Below, in pieces: positions 45,871 through 56,670 of a stretch of DNA of 64,000 nucleotides. The DNA lies in contig OZ024741.1 in NCBI GenBank assembly GCA_964016885.1, positions 340,070,001 through 340,134,000 of the forward strand, given 5' to 3'. Origin of the DNA: Eledone cirrhosa. Lineage: Eukaryota. How positions within the stretch are numbered: the first letter of the stretch is position 1; each line of letters starts with the position of its first letter. The notes under the pieces are model-generated. The model saw only the letters and a program-made list of their open reading frames with translations, was not told where the DNA came from and searched no databases. Made by a program: the position numbers and the translations under genes.

Positions 45871-48460
45871 CAGATATAGTTATAATACACAGATATAGTT
45901 ATAATACACAGATATAGTTATAATACACAGATATAGTTATAATCCCACAGATATAGTTATAATCCCACAGATATAGTTATAATACCACAGATATAGTTAT
46001 AATACCACAGATATAGTTATAATACACAGATATAGTTATAATACCACAGATATAGTTATAATACACAGATATAGTTATAATCCCACAGATATAGTTATAA
46101 TACCACAGATATAGTTATAATACCACAGATATAGTTATAATACCACAGATATAGTTATAATCCCACAGATATAGTTATAATCCCACAGATATAGTTATAA
46201 TACCACAGATATAGTTATAATACACATATATAGTTATAATACCACAGATATAGTTATAATACCACAGATATAGTTATAATACCACAGATATAGTTATAAT
46301 ACACAGATATAGTTATAATACCACAGATATAGTTATAATACCACAGATATAGTTATAATACCACAGATATAGTTATAATCCCACAGATATAGTTATAATC
46401 CCACAGATATAGTTATAATACACAGATATAGTTATAATACACAGATATAGTTATAATAACACAGATATAGTTATAATCCCACAGATATAGTTATAATACA
46501 CAGATATAGTTATAATACACAGATATAGTTATAATCCCACAGATATAGTTATAATACACAGATATAGTTATAATACACAGATATAGTTATAATACAGATA
46601 TAGTTATAATACACAGATATAGTTATAATACACAGATATAGTTATAATACCACAGATATAGTTATAATACCACAGATATAGTTATAATACACAGATATAG
46701 TTATAATCCCACAGATATAGTTATAATACACAGATATAGTTATAATACCACAGATATAGTTATAATACCACAGATATAGTTATAATACACAGATATAGTT
46801 ATAATACCACAGATATAGTTATAATACTACAGATATAGTTATAATACACAGATATAGTTATAATCCCACAGATATAGTTATAATACACAGATATAGTTAT
46901 AATACCACAGATATAGTTACAATACACAGATATAGTTATAATACACAGATATAGTTATAATACACAGATATAGTTATAATACACAGATATAGTTATAATA
47001 CACAGATATAGTTATAATCCCACAGATATAGTTATAATACACAGATATAGTTATAATACACAGATATAGTTATAATAACACAGATATAGTTATAATACAC
47101 AGATATAGTTATAATCCCACAGATATAGTTATAATACACAGATATAGTTATAATACACAGATATAGTTATAATACACAGATATAGTTATAATACACAGAT
47201 ATAGTTATAATACCACAGATATAGTTATAATACACAGATATAGTTATAATCCCACAGATATAGTTATAATACACAGATATAGTTATAATACACAGATATA
47301 GTTATAATACACAGATATAGTTATAATACACAGATATAGTTATAATACCACAGATATAGTTACAATACACAGATATAGTTATAATACACAGATATCGTTA
47401 TAATACACAGATATAGTTATAATAACTCAGATATAGTTATAATACACAGATATAGTTATAATACACAGATATAGTTATAATACCACAGATATAGTTACAA
47501 TACACAGATATAGTTATAATACACAGATATCGTTATAATACACAGATATAGTTTTAATACACAGATATAGTTATAATACACAGATATAGTTATAATACCA
47601 CAGATATAGTTATAATCCCACAGATATAGTTATAATACACAGATATAGTTATAATCCCACAGATATAATTATAATACCACAGATATAGTTATAATACACA
47701 GATATAGTTATAATACACAGATATAGTTATAATACAGATATAGTTATAATACACAGATATAGTTATAATACCACAGATATAATTATAATACCACAGATAT
47801 AGTTATAATACACAGATATAGTTATAATACACAGATATAGTTATAATACCACAGATATAGTTATAATACACAGATATAGTTATAATACACAGATATAGTT
47901 ATAATACACAGATATAGTTATAATACAGATATAGTTATAATACCACAGACATAGTTATAATATCACAGACATAGTTATAATATCTCTGATATAGTTATAA
48001 TAGCTTAGATATAGTTATAATCCCACAGATATAGTTATAATATCATAGATATAGTTATAATACCACAGACATAGTTATAATACCACAGACATATTTATAA
48101 TATCTCTGATATAATTATAATAGCTTAGATATAGTTATAATCCCACAGATATAGTTGTAATACCACAGATATAGTTATAATATCTCAGATATAGTTATAA
48201 TATCACATATATAGTTATAATATCTCAGATATAGTTATAATATCATAGAAATCGTTATAATAACACAGATGTAGTTACAATATCTGAAATAGTTATAATA
48301 CCACAGATATAGTTACATCACAGATATTGTTTTATATTATGACTGATATAGTTAAATCACAAATATAGTTATAATACCAAAAATATAGTTATGCTACCAC
48401 AAATATAGTTATAATATCTCTGATATAGTTATAATATCACAGATATAGTTGTAATATCAC
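45871..48460. repeat. 19/20-bp AT-rich minisatellite: CAGATATAGTTATAATACA, ...ATACCA or ...ATCCCA, with occasional 17-bp units
   Basis: Directly visible tandem repeat. It is homogeneous to ~47,950 and increasingly degenerate towards 48,460. Confidence 0.97.
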
Positions 48461-48549
48461 AGATCATAGATTACATTAACAAATAAATCCTTTTATGAGA
48501 GGAAATTTTAGACATATTAGGCTGCTGTTTCCAGCAGATCCAATAGCCT

Positions 48550-48945
48550 CGTAGGATTTAGCATTGTTCAATGGGGTGGATGTTCGGCTCATGATCATAA
48601 GGTCGCAAGTTCGATTCCCCACGCTACGTTGTGTCCTTAAGCAAGACACTTTATTTTACATTCTGCCCTCGGCCACTTAGCTGAAGAAAATGGGTTGTAT
48701 CTATAATTCAAAGCAACAGTTTTGTCACTGTATCAAGCTGAATCTCCCTGTATGTAGAATACTCAGCCATGTTCCCTATAATACAAGATAGTCTGTACCT
48801 CTAATTCAAAGGACCGGCCTTGTCATAATGAATCTCCCTGAGAATTACGTTAAGTGTACACGTTTCTGTGGAATGCTCAAGCAACTAAACTTTAATTTTA
48901 CGTTTATTGTACAACTGGGGAACCCATTGTCGGAACCGACCGAGG
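48550..48945 (+). mobile_element. tRNA-derived SINE with a CORE-like central domain
   Basis: B-box-like GTTCGATTCC at ~48,609, followed by GTTGTGTCCTTAAGCAAGACACTTTATTT, which resembles the CORE-SINE domain. The 3' part has an internal duplication (taattcaaag...tgaatctccctg twice). A related copy lies on the minus strand at ~54,580-54,708. Confidence 0.75.
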
Positions 48946-49125
48946 CCCACCAACAACAGTCTATTGTTGTTTAGTAAAGGTCAAATATCCAGTTGTGTCA
49001 GTTGCCTTTCTAGACCCCGGTTCCCAAAAGGTTTCAGGGGTCAGCTAAGGACTGGACCTCAATTCTCTCTCCTCCACCACATCCTAAATATTTTATTAAC
49101 TCTTTCTTCTTTTCTTTTTCCTTTG

Positions 49126-49157
<32 letters not shown>

Positions 49158-49179
49158 TGTTTCCTCTATCCAAACGTCC

Positions 49180-49264
49180 ACCACCACAGTCATTGCACCA
49201 CCAACGCTACTGCTACCAGCACCGTTATCACTACTGCTGCTGTTGCTGCTACTACTACTACTAT

Positions 49265-49296
<32 letters not shown>

Positions 49297-49615
49297 TCAT
49301 CACCACACTCCACAGGCTACCACCACTACCACCACCAACATCAACAACAATCACCACCACAAGCACCACCACAAGCACCAACACTACTACCATCACTACC
49401 ACCACCACCGTCATCACTCCACACAATCACCACCACACCACCACCATCATCATCACCACTGTCGACAACAACAAACACTACCATCACCACTTCGACCACC
49501 ACTACCAACATCAACCACGCAACCACAAACGCCACCATCATCCCTACCACCACTACCAACACCATCACCACTATCACCATTATCAGCACCACCAACAACA
49601 ACAACACAAACGGCA
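49180..49615. repeat. Compound trinucleotide low-complexity tract: (CTA)n, (CAC)n, (CAA)n, (CAT)n
   Basis: Visible triplet runs. The overlapping ORFs are homopolymeric in several frames. Confidence 0.9.
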
Positions 49616-50051
49616 ACATATCATTTATGCTTATTTTTTTCTTTCCTTAACGTAATTAAATATCCTAAAGTATGTTTTTTTTTATCTTTGTCTTTTCTCC
49701 TGGATATTTTGTGTAATGTTGGGGAAGACGACGGGAGAAGGGAAAACATTCTATCAAGAATTTGTGTATTTCCGAAGCAATGATACAATTTGTGAAGTAG
49801 AGCCTTGGGCCAACTTACTCTCATAACAAAAATGTGGCAAACGATATTAATTTAACAAATGTTGTACTTAATATTGTTTGTTGGTTATTAGAGGATGTAC
49901 CACTCTATTTATGATGGGGTTGGGTTTTTTTGTAGATGATGGCGGGGAGGGGTTTTGTAGTTGATGTGTTTCTTCTTTAATGCCTATTGTTCATCAGAAT
50001 TTAGAGCGTTCTGCTTAATATCATAATTAACCTCCAAGGACCACAAGTTCA

Positions 50052-50435
<384 letters not shown>

Positions 50436-50500
50436 TTATCCAGGGTTCAATCGGGGGTAACCACAGTAAGTAAGGTACTCAATACATAGTAGAGTATGAA

Positions 50501-50627
50501 TATTTAATATAGAAATGGCTTCTACAGGACTAGTACTGTTTTATTCGGGAGAAAACATCAGGGGTCCTGATGATTTCTCCCGAATGAAACAGTTCTAGTC
50601 CTGTAGAAGCTATTTCTATATTAAATA
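50501..50627. repeat. ~61-bp inverted repeat (foldback) whose arm carries a hammerhead-like core; probably an inverted Penelope-type pLTR fragment
   Basis: tatttaatatagaaatggcttctacaggactagtactgttttattcgggagaaaacatcagg pairs with cctgatgatttctcccgaatgaaacagttctagtcctgtagaagctatttctatattaaata with ~4 mismatches. The right arm has CTGATGA (50,567-50,573) and GAAAC (50,586-50,590). Confidence 0.85.
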
Positions 50628-50758
50628 AATAAATATATATATATATATTAAAATAACAGATTATCTGTTATTTTAATAAATATTTGGTCTAGGGTTCTTA
50701 TATATTTGATATATATTTATCCTTATCTTTGGATTTTTGTCTTCACATTTATTATTAT

Positions 50759-50820
<62 letters not shown>

Positions 50821-51010
50821 TTAGGTTTGTTGGTTCACCACTGGATAGAGCTGGTCATTCTGTTTGGTCAACTTCGATGTAATATTATGGAGAGCACTCA
50901 ACGTAATGCAACTCACCCGTCTTTGTGTGCGTAGTTGGTGGTGCGAGTACGGAGTTAATTGTTATAAAATAACAGGAGGCTGGACTGGTGTAATTCCTTA
51001 AAAGGTTTAT

Positions 51011-51070
51011 AATACTATGATCATTTCAATGACCGGGTTCAGTATGAATCCGGTGACATCATCAGGTATT
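51011..51070 (-). ncRNA. Type I hammerhead ribozyme, Penelope-associated type with a short palindromic stem III
   Basis: Minus strand: AAUAC-CUGAUGA-[ugucaccggauucauacugaacccggucauu]-GAAA-UGAUC-AUA/-GUAUU. Stem I is AAUAC/GUAUU. Stem II includes ccgg/ccgg and uuca/ugaa. Stem III is the palindrome AUGAUCAU, and the cleavage triplet is AUA (NUH). The core is intact. Confidence 0.75.
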
Positions 51071-52661
51071 CGAAATATACCAAAGGAATATAATAGACAA
51101 AATCCATGGGGCTGAAAATCATAGACATGAGGACGATCGAACATTTAGCAGCTTCTACCTCAGTCTAAGCCTACTTATGTCCATCTGGTGAAGGGGCGTA
51201 GGCTTATAGTGTGCTACTACCATCCCGTCAAAGACAGAGGCCAGCGTTGAGGTCAGGTCACATTCAAGCTGGTCATGCGTGCTAGAAAGTGCCGAGAAAA
51301 ATATCAAAGAACATATATCTTTAGTAAATCTATATTTAGTAATATATAGTGGACGTATCTTTAGTAAATCTATATATAGTAATATATAGTGGACGTCTGC
51401 ATGGTATAATGTATGGACAGAAATTACGATTAACAATTAGAAACGTTAAATTTATGTTTAGAGTTAGAAGATACCATTTAAGATGAAATTAGAAAAATAA
51501 GGTTTAGGTTTGCAGTTGTGAGATTTAGTTAAAGAATTTACAGAAGGAGGCTTTTATGAAAGAATTTAAGTGTATTATAGATAGTCACGATAAAGTTTCA
51601 GGGTAGAATATAGAGTAAATATTAAGTCCATTCTTAGCGGCCAATAACCAGCGACGTTGCGGACCCCTGGCCAACCCGGGGTCCAACGGCGTGTCAGCCG
51701 TTCAGAGTATTGTCGTCTAGCGAAAGAAATGGAAATTTATTTTTCCGAGCACTCCAGGAATGTTAACTGTCTTAAGCGTCGGGTGTGTTAGCGGGAAGTC
51801 CGCCACCGTCCGCCGGCCATCGTATATACCAAACGATTTCTAGTTATTCACACTGGTGGGGGTTTAGTTAAGTGCTAGTAGAGGGAGGCAAGATAAAGTT
51901 AAAAGTTATGAGTTAAAGTTAAAAGTTAAAAGATATAAAGTTAAAGTTAAAAGTTATAAGTCTAGAATTTAAAGGTACTGTTCGGTGGTCAATAACCGGT
52001 GTCGTGGCGAGTTCCAAGTCCGACAGGGCCCCAGGGCGAAGCAGCCGGTACGAGTATTTTCATTTACCGAAAGAAAGGGAAATTTATTTTTCCAAGCACT
52101 CAAGGAAGGCTGATCGACCCGAACGCCTGGCGTACAGTCGGGAAAGCCGCCACATCCGTCGGATCATCGCGTGTACCAAACGATTATTAGTTATTCACAC
52201 CCGTGATGTGAAGTTGAAAGTGGTAAAATCTGATGAAATGTGCAAATGGACTATATTTTAATTTCTTAGAAATTAAAATAATATCTAAACATAGAAATGA
52301 CCCAACAGATAGGCAAATCAGAGAAGCAAGCAAAATAGAGCTTAGAAGGCCAAAACTAAACAGAAAAAAATGAATGGAATAACAACAACACCCAAACAAA
52401 CAATACTGACTTAAGAGAAATATAAATAAATAAATAAATATATAAATAAATATATACACAAGCACAACAAACACATATAAACACACACTAGTAAACTAAG
52501 ATAGAATACAATAACCAAAAGACAGTCACCCAAACGCGAACACACACCAAACACTATACACACACGCAAACGCATGCGCAGAGAAGAAGGCAAAAATAAA
52601 TAAATAAATAAACAGATAAAATAAAAATGGCGTAGACATACAATACAACAGGAGGAACATA

Positions 52662-52714
52662 ATAGTACCACTGATGATGTTGCAGATGTCAACGAAAGAA
52701 CTTTGATAGACTAT
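52662..52714 (+). ncRNA. Degenerate type I hammerhead-like motif
   Basis: atagtacca-CTGATGA-t-gttg(cagatgt)caac-GAAA-gaac-ttt-gatagactat. The core and stem II are intact, the AAAG-AA-CTTT stem III is near-palindromic, and stem I is imperfect. Confidence 0.45.
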
Positions 52715-53159
52715 ATATATGTGTTTATATCTATATTATATCTGTATTTTTGACCGTTGGTCACTCAGTGATAAACATTGAGGACCAAATGAATTAACTG
52801 TGGAGATATAAAATATACAGAAGCGAAAACCAACCAAACTGAGTGTGTTCTGTTCTTATTTCTGGCAATATTATTACAACAATATGACCCTCCCCAAGTA
52901 TAACGATATTTGTTTCGACACACGATTTCATATCAAAAACCTCGCAAAACAAATTCATCGCATATATATATATTAACATATATATATATTAACATATATA
53001 TATATTAACATATAGAGATAAGCACACATAGAGATATGTGTTCAATCATAGGGGTCAAAAACCACCAGAGTGACAAACATATTACCTACGGAAGGAATGG
53101 TGAATACAAATCAATAAAAAGAATATATTAAAGTATACTAACCATTCGATTATAACAAT

Positions 53160-53243
53160 ACACCCGGACATGCTCAAATATGAATAGGTTTCGCTATAAA
53201 AAGTGAAGAATCCATATTGTAGATGTAGCTCATCGGCGGGTGT
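53160..53243 (-). ncRNA. Type I hammerhead ribozyme with one core substitution (CCGAUGA)
   Basis: Minus strand: ACACCCG-CCGAUGA-GCUA...UAGC-GAAAC...GUC/-CGGGUGU. It has a perfect 7-bp stem I, a 4-bp stem II and a canonical GUC cleavage site, with U4 changed to C in the core. Confidence 0.6.
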
Positions 53244-53310
53244 CTAGCAATACGACCAACACTTCTAAATAGATATATCAGATAACTAAGAAAACACGCA
53301 TGGTACAGAG

Positions 53311-53477
53311 GAAAGACATGTGCGTTTTATAGTACATGGTGGTGTGAATAGACCAAAGCACCGCTATTTTGGCTCGTAATAAGAAGAGTTTCTAAAGGTG
53401 AATGGTTCTCAGTTGCTGTTTTTAGCTGTCTTTTGGTCTATTCACACCACATGGGCTATAAAACGCACATGTCTTTC
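53311..53477. mobile_element. Small foldback or MITE-like element with ~47-bp imperfect terminal inverted repeats
   Basis: gaaagacatgtgcgttttatagtacatggtggtgtgaatagaccaaag ... ttttggtctattcacaccacatgggctataaaacgcacatgtctttc. No clear target-site duplication. Confidence 0.6.
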
Positions 53478-54579
53478 GATTCGGGGACAGCATGCCAATT
53501 CGATATTATATCGATGGCAGACGGTCCCCGAATGTCGCACTATCAATTAATGCCAGCGTTGTGGGCTGGTGGGCGTTGGGTATGAGGTAGGGGTTGCGAA
53601 GTGGCGACAGGAATGCTGTCATCCTTAGCGGGGTCGCGTGGCGGCCAGAGCGTTGGCCCCCATTTGCTCATAATAGTGAGAGATGGGGAGAGCAGAAGAG
53701 ACGGAGGCAGTAACAGTAGGAGTTTGTTTCTTTTGTGTTCGGACCTTGTGTATGTGTATATGTTTCACAAACACTGCTTGTAATGTTGTGTTGCTACCAC
53801 TACTACGACTGCCACAACCACTAACATCTACACTTCATCCTTAGGTTCCATATAGCGTCTAAGAGGACTTGCGGTTAGATTCTTCCTATTGACTGCTGCA
53901 TATAGTAATAAATCAACACAGGACTACCATCTCCTTAAACATTACAAACATTACAGCCAAGAATTCTCTGCCACAGAGATCGTAGGTTATTAAACGCTGT
54001 GTTAGTGCAATATCAGCTATAAGTACATCAATATACTCTTTTGACATGTGCAATGTGTCCGAACACGGAAGAGCAGAACTCCCACCGTCATCGCCCCCAT
54101 CTTTCTCGCCCTCCCCGTCTCTCTGTATAGTAAGCAAATGGGGTCCTACGTGCTGGCCTCCCCATAGCCCCGGCAGACAGAATAGGGAAGGCGTTTCCCC
54201 GGAGGATGGTAAGGGAGATGCGTTGTTAGAGCCATTCCATCTCGCGAGGCTCATACCCGCAGCTGGACAGCTCAGCGACTATGGTGGTGAGTAGGGAGGT
54301 AACACTAAGGCCAAGGACACCAGAAGACTCCACTGCCAAGGGCACGACCACAAACCTATCGGAAAGCGACCGATGTCCTTAAAACCAGTCCAGCGTACCG
54401 GTAGGTAGTTAAATGGTTAAATTGCTATCGAGAAGAATAGAACTATGTAAATTGTAAAAAAAACTCGATACTTGGGTTAATTTTTTTTTTTTTTTTGTCG
54501 ATCGACTTTCGTCAAATTGGACCGAGGAGACAATGTTTCCGTTGGTCTTTCCAATCACTAATACTATCTATCGGTCGCA

Positions 54580-54708
54580 ACTCCAGCTAGAAGGAGCAAC
54601 GTGAAATAAAGTGGCTTGCTCAAAGACAACGCATCGCCTCATCCAGGAATCGAACTGACAACTTTATGATTGCGAATCCAGTTCTCTAACCAATCAGCCA
54701 CATGCCTT
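54580..54708 (-). mobile_element. tRNA-derived SINE, same family as 48,550-48,945
   Basis: The reverse complement reads ggcatgtggctgattggttagag...agttcgattcctgga...gcgttgtctttgagcaagccactttatttcacgttgctcc, giving A/B boxes plus the CORE-like segment. Confidence 0.75.
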
Positions 54709-54730
54709 GGGGTAAGAGAGTATGGTTATA

Positions 54731-54905
54731 CAGGTAAAATTCCGTTATAACGAATACCATTATAACGAATTTTTCAGTATAACGAAATTATTTTCAATCC
54801 CCGGCTACACGCTCCGTGTGTTAGGTCCATCTTGTTATAAAGAATTTTTCATTACAACGAATTATTTTTATACCCTTTGAATTTCGTTATAACGGAATTT
54901 CACGG
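54731..54905. mobile_element. Tc1/mariner-superfamily (Tigger/pogo-like) MITE
   Basis: TIRs caggtaaaattccgttataacgaa and ttcgttataacggaatttcacgg, flanked by TA on both sides (54,729-30 and 54,906-07). There are internal ttataacgaa sub-repeats. Confidence 0.8.
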
Positions 54906-55549
54906 TATTATAAAGAGAAAATATACTAGGGTGTGTGTGTGTGTGTGTATGTGTGTATGTCTGCCTCCAGGTATGGTTATCACGACCTCCAGACAACGGG
55001 TCTATAGAACTGGAGTCAGACTTAACTGCAGATCGCCCTAATCAAAGAATAGTCCAAATTCACCGAATGGCAAATATATCTGCCAACGAAGTGACAACTT
55101 ATTAGTGAGATGAAAGAATGGTTATCTCTTAGTTATCTTGTTGGTTATCTTAAAAAAACAAGAAGCAGCCCTAATATACTTTCTCGATAAATATAATTCT
55201 GCCCCCTCTCCAAAATTGTCCAGGCAGATACACTCGGATGCGTACATACATGCACACAGACATATAAACACTCACTAAGCCAGATATCTACACACACAAT
55301 CACTTTCCAACCATATTTTAAAAAGTAAACAATGTATGGCCTTATTTAGACAATGTATGGCCTTATTTAGACAAACTGCAACCCCTAATGATACAGCCAG
55401 TTAACAACCAAGGCCTTCGGTAATCAGTTTGTTGCTAGCTGTTGAAACGGTAAGAGCTCAGCCGTCCGGGCCCCGATTCTTTATTATATATATATACATG
55501 TGTGTGTGTGTGTGTTTCTTTCTCTATGTTTAAATATCAATCTATCAGC

Positions 55550-55792
55550 CTGTAGGTTGAGCAAAAGGAGGAGGAGAGGAAAGGAGTACAAACTCTTCGT
55601 ACTCCTGGAGATGAGGGTTGCACATTTTTTCGGGGGTATGTGTTACCCATATGAACTGTCTCCCCCTATTGGGGAAAATCGACTAATTTTTTTAATTGCA
55701 TTTGTGATAACATTTTACACGTTTTTATTGTATGTAAACTACCCCCTTTGTATTTGTCCCCTTCTTTTGTGCCCCTGTGACTAATAAAGAAA
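55550..55792 (+). mobile_element. Isolated 3' UTR of a Tx1/L1-like LINE
   Basis: gaggaaaggagtacaaac at ~55,577 matches ggaggaaagggctacaaac at the end of the LINE ORF (~58,604). The segment ends in AATAAAGAAA followed by (TCTA)-type repeats. Confidence 0.55.
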
Positions 55793-55851
55793 CATATCTA
55801 TCTCTCTATCTATCTTTCTTTCTTTCTCCAAATATATTTATGTATTATTGT

Positions 55852-56035
55852 GGATTGGCAGTATTGGTAGAGGGTCGGGCGCTATGCTTTGAAGCATAGA
55901 GTTACCTCCCTTTATGATCTGAGTTCAAATCCCGCCGAGGTTAACTTTGCCTTTCATCCTTACGGGGTCGATAAAATAAAGTACCAGTAATGCACTGGGA
56001 TAATTGCTGGCCTGGTGCCAAAAGTAGAAACAATT
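55852..56035 (+). mobile_element. tRNA-derived SINE, second family
   Basis: A-box-like tggcagtattggtag and B-box GAGTTCAAATCCCGCC, followed by aactttgcctttcatccttacggggtcgataaaataaagtaccag, a central motif typical of metazoan SINEs. Confidence 0.7.
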
Positions 56036-56190
56036 ATATCTGAATTATCACGCCTACTGGATATTGTTATAGAGTTATTTTCCCTGATGGTGTAAATGTT
56101 TTATATGCCTCACTCGCTCACATATAGTCGCTTAAACAATCTCTATTTCTTTCCATCTTTCGAAATATTTACTTATATTCTGTCTACCTA

Positions 56191-56230
<40 letters not shown>

Positions 56231-56670
56231 CATCTCTCCCTCACTCTCCCCCTCTCTCTCACTCCCCCCTTTCTATCTATCTACCTATCTATCTATCTAT
56301 CTATCAGTCTAAATGTCAATGATTTATTGGATTTATCAATATGAATTTATATATCTGAATTATCTAGCCGACTAGATATTGTTTAAAACGTTTAGAGTTA
56401 TTTCCCTTGATGTTGTAATTTATATTTATCTCTCTCGCACTCGGTCACTTTTTCAAACAATGTTACATTCTCTTCATCTTTCTTAATATTTGTCTATCGA
56501 CTGTCTATCCCCGTTTACTCCCCCCCCCCCCACACACACACACCTTCTCTCTCTCTCTCTGCATATATTCATCTATTTCTCTATCTCTCTATCTATAAAT
56601 CTGCTTTCTGTCTGAATGTCTGTCCACTCATATATCTCCATTAATCTATCCCTCTATCTATCTATCTAGT

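Noticed and set aside
1-48460. CRISPR array or telomeric repeat
   Set aside because: There are no unique spacers and no cas genes, and the context is eukaryotic. The units are not short telomerase-type repeats.
48907-49783. Overlapping ORFs with poly-L/T/Y/H, including a Thr-rich plus-strand frame
   Set aside because: They are products of trinucleotide microsatellites, lie on the opposite strand to the mucin-like frame, and have no supported splice structure.
49716-49826. Short plus-strand ORF MLGKTTGEGKTFYQEF... and a nearby minus-strand GTAAGT donor-like site (~49,813-49,818)
   Set aside because: The ORF is too short, I recognised no homology, and no convincing exon could be built on either strand.
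49955-50003. CUGAUGA...GAAAC on the minus strand near 49,990 (and CTGATGA at ~62,702)
   Set aside because: Stems I and II cannot be formed convincingly, so these are probably chance matches or too decayed to call.
51316-55374. Small tandem duplications (40 bp x2 at 51,316-51,396; 14 bp x3 at ~52,965-53,012; 21 bp x2 at 55,329-55,374)
   Set aside because: These are ordinary slippage duplications with no sign of function.
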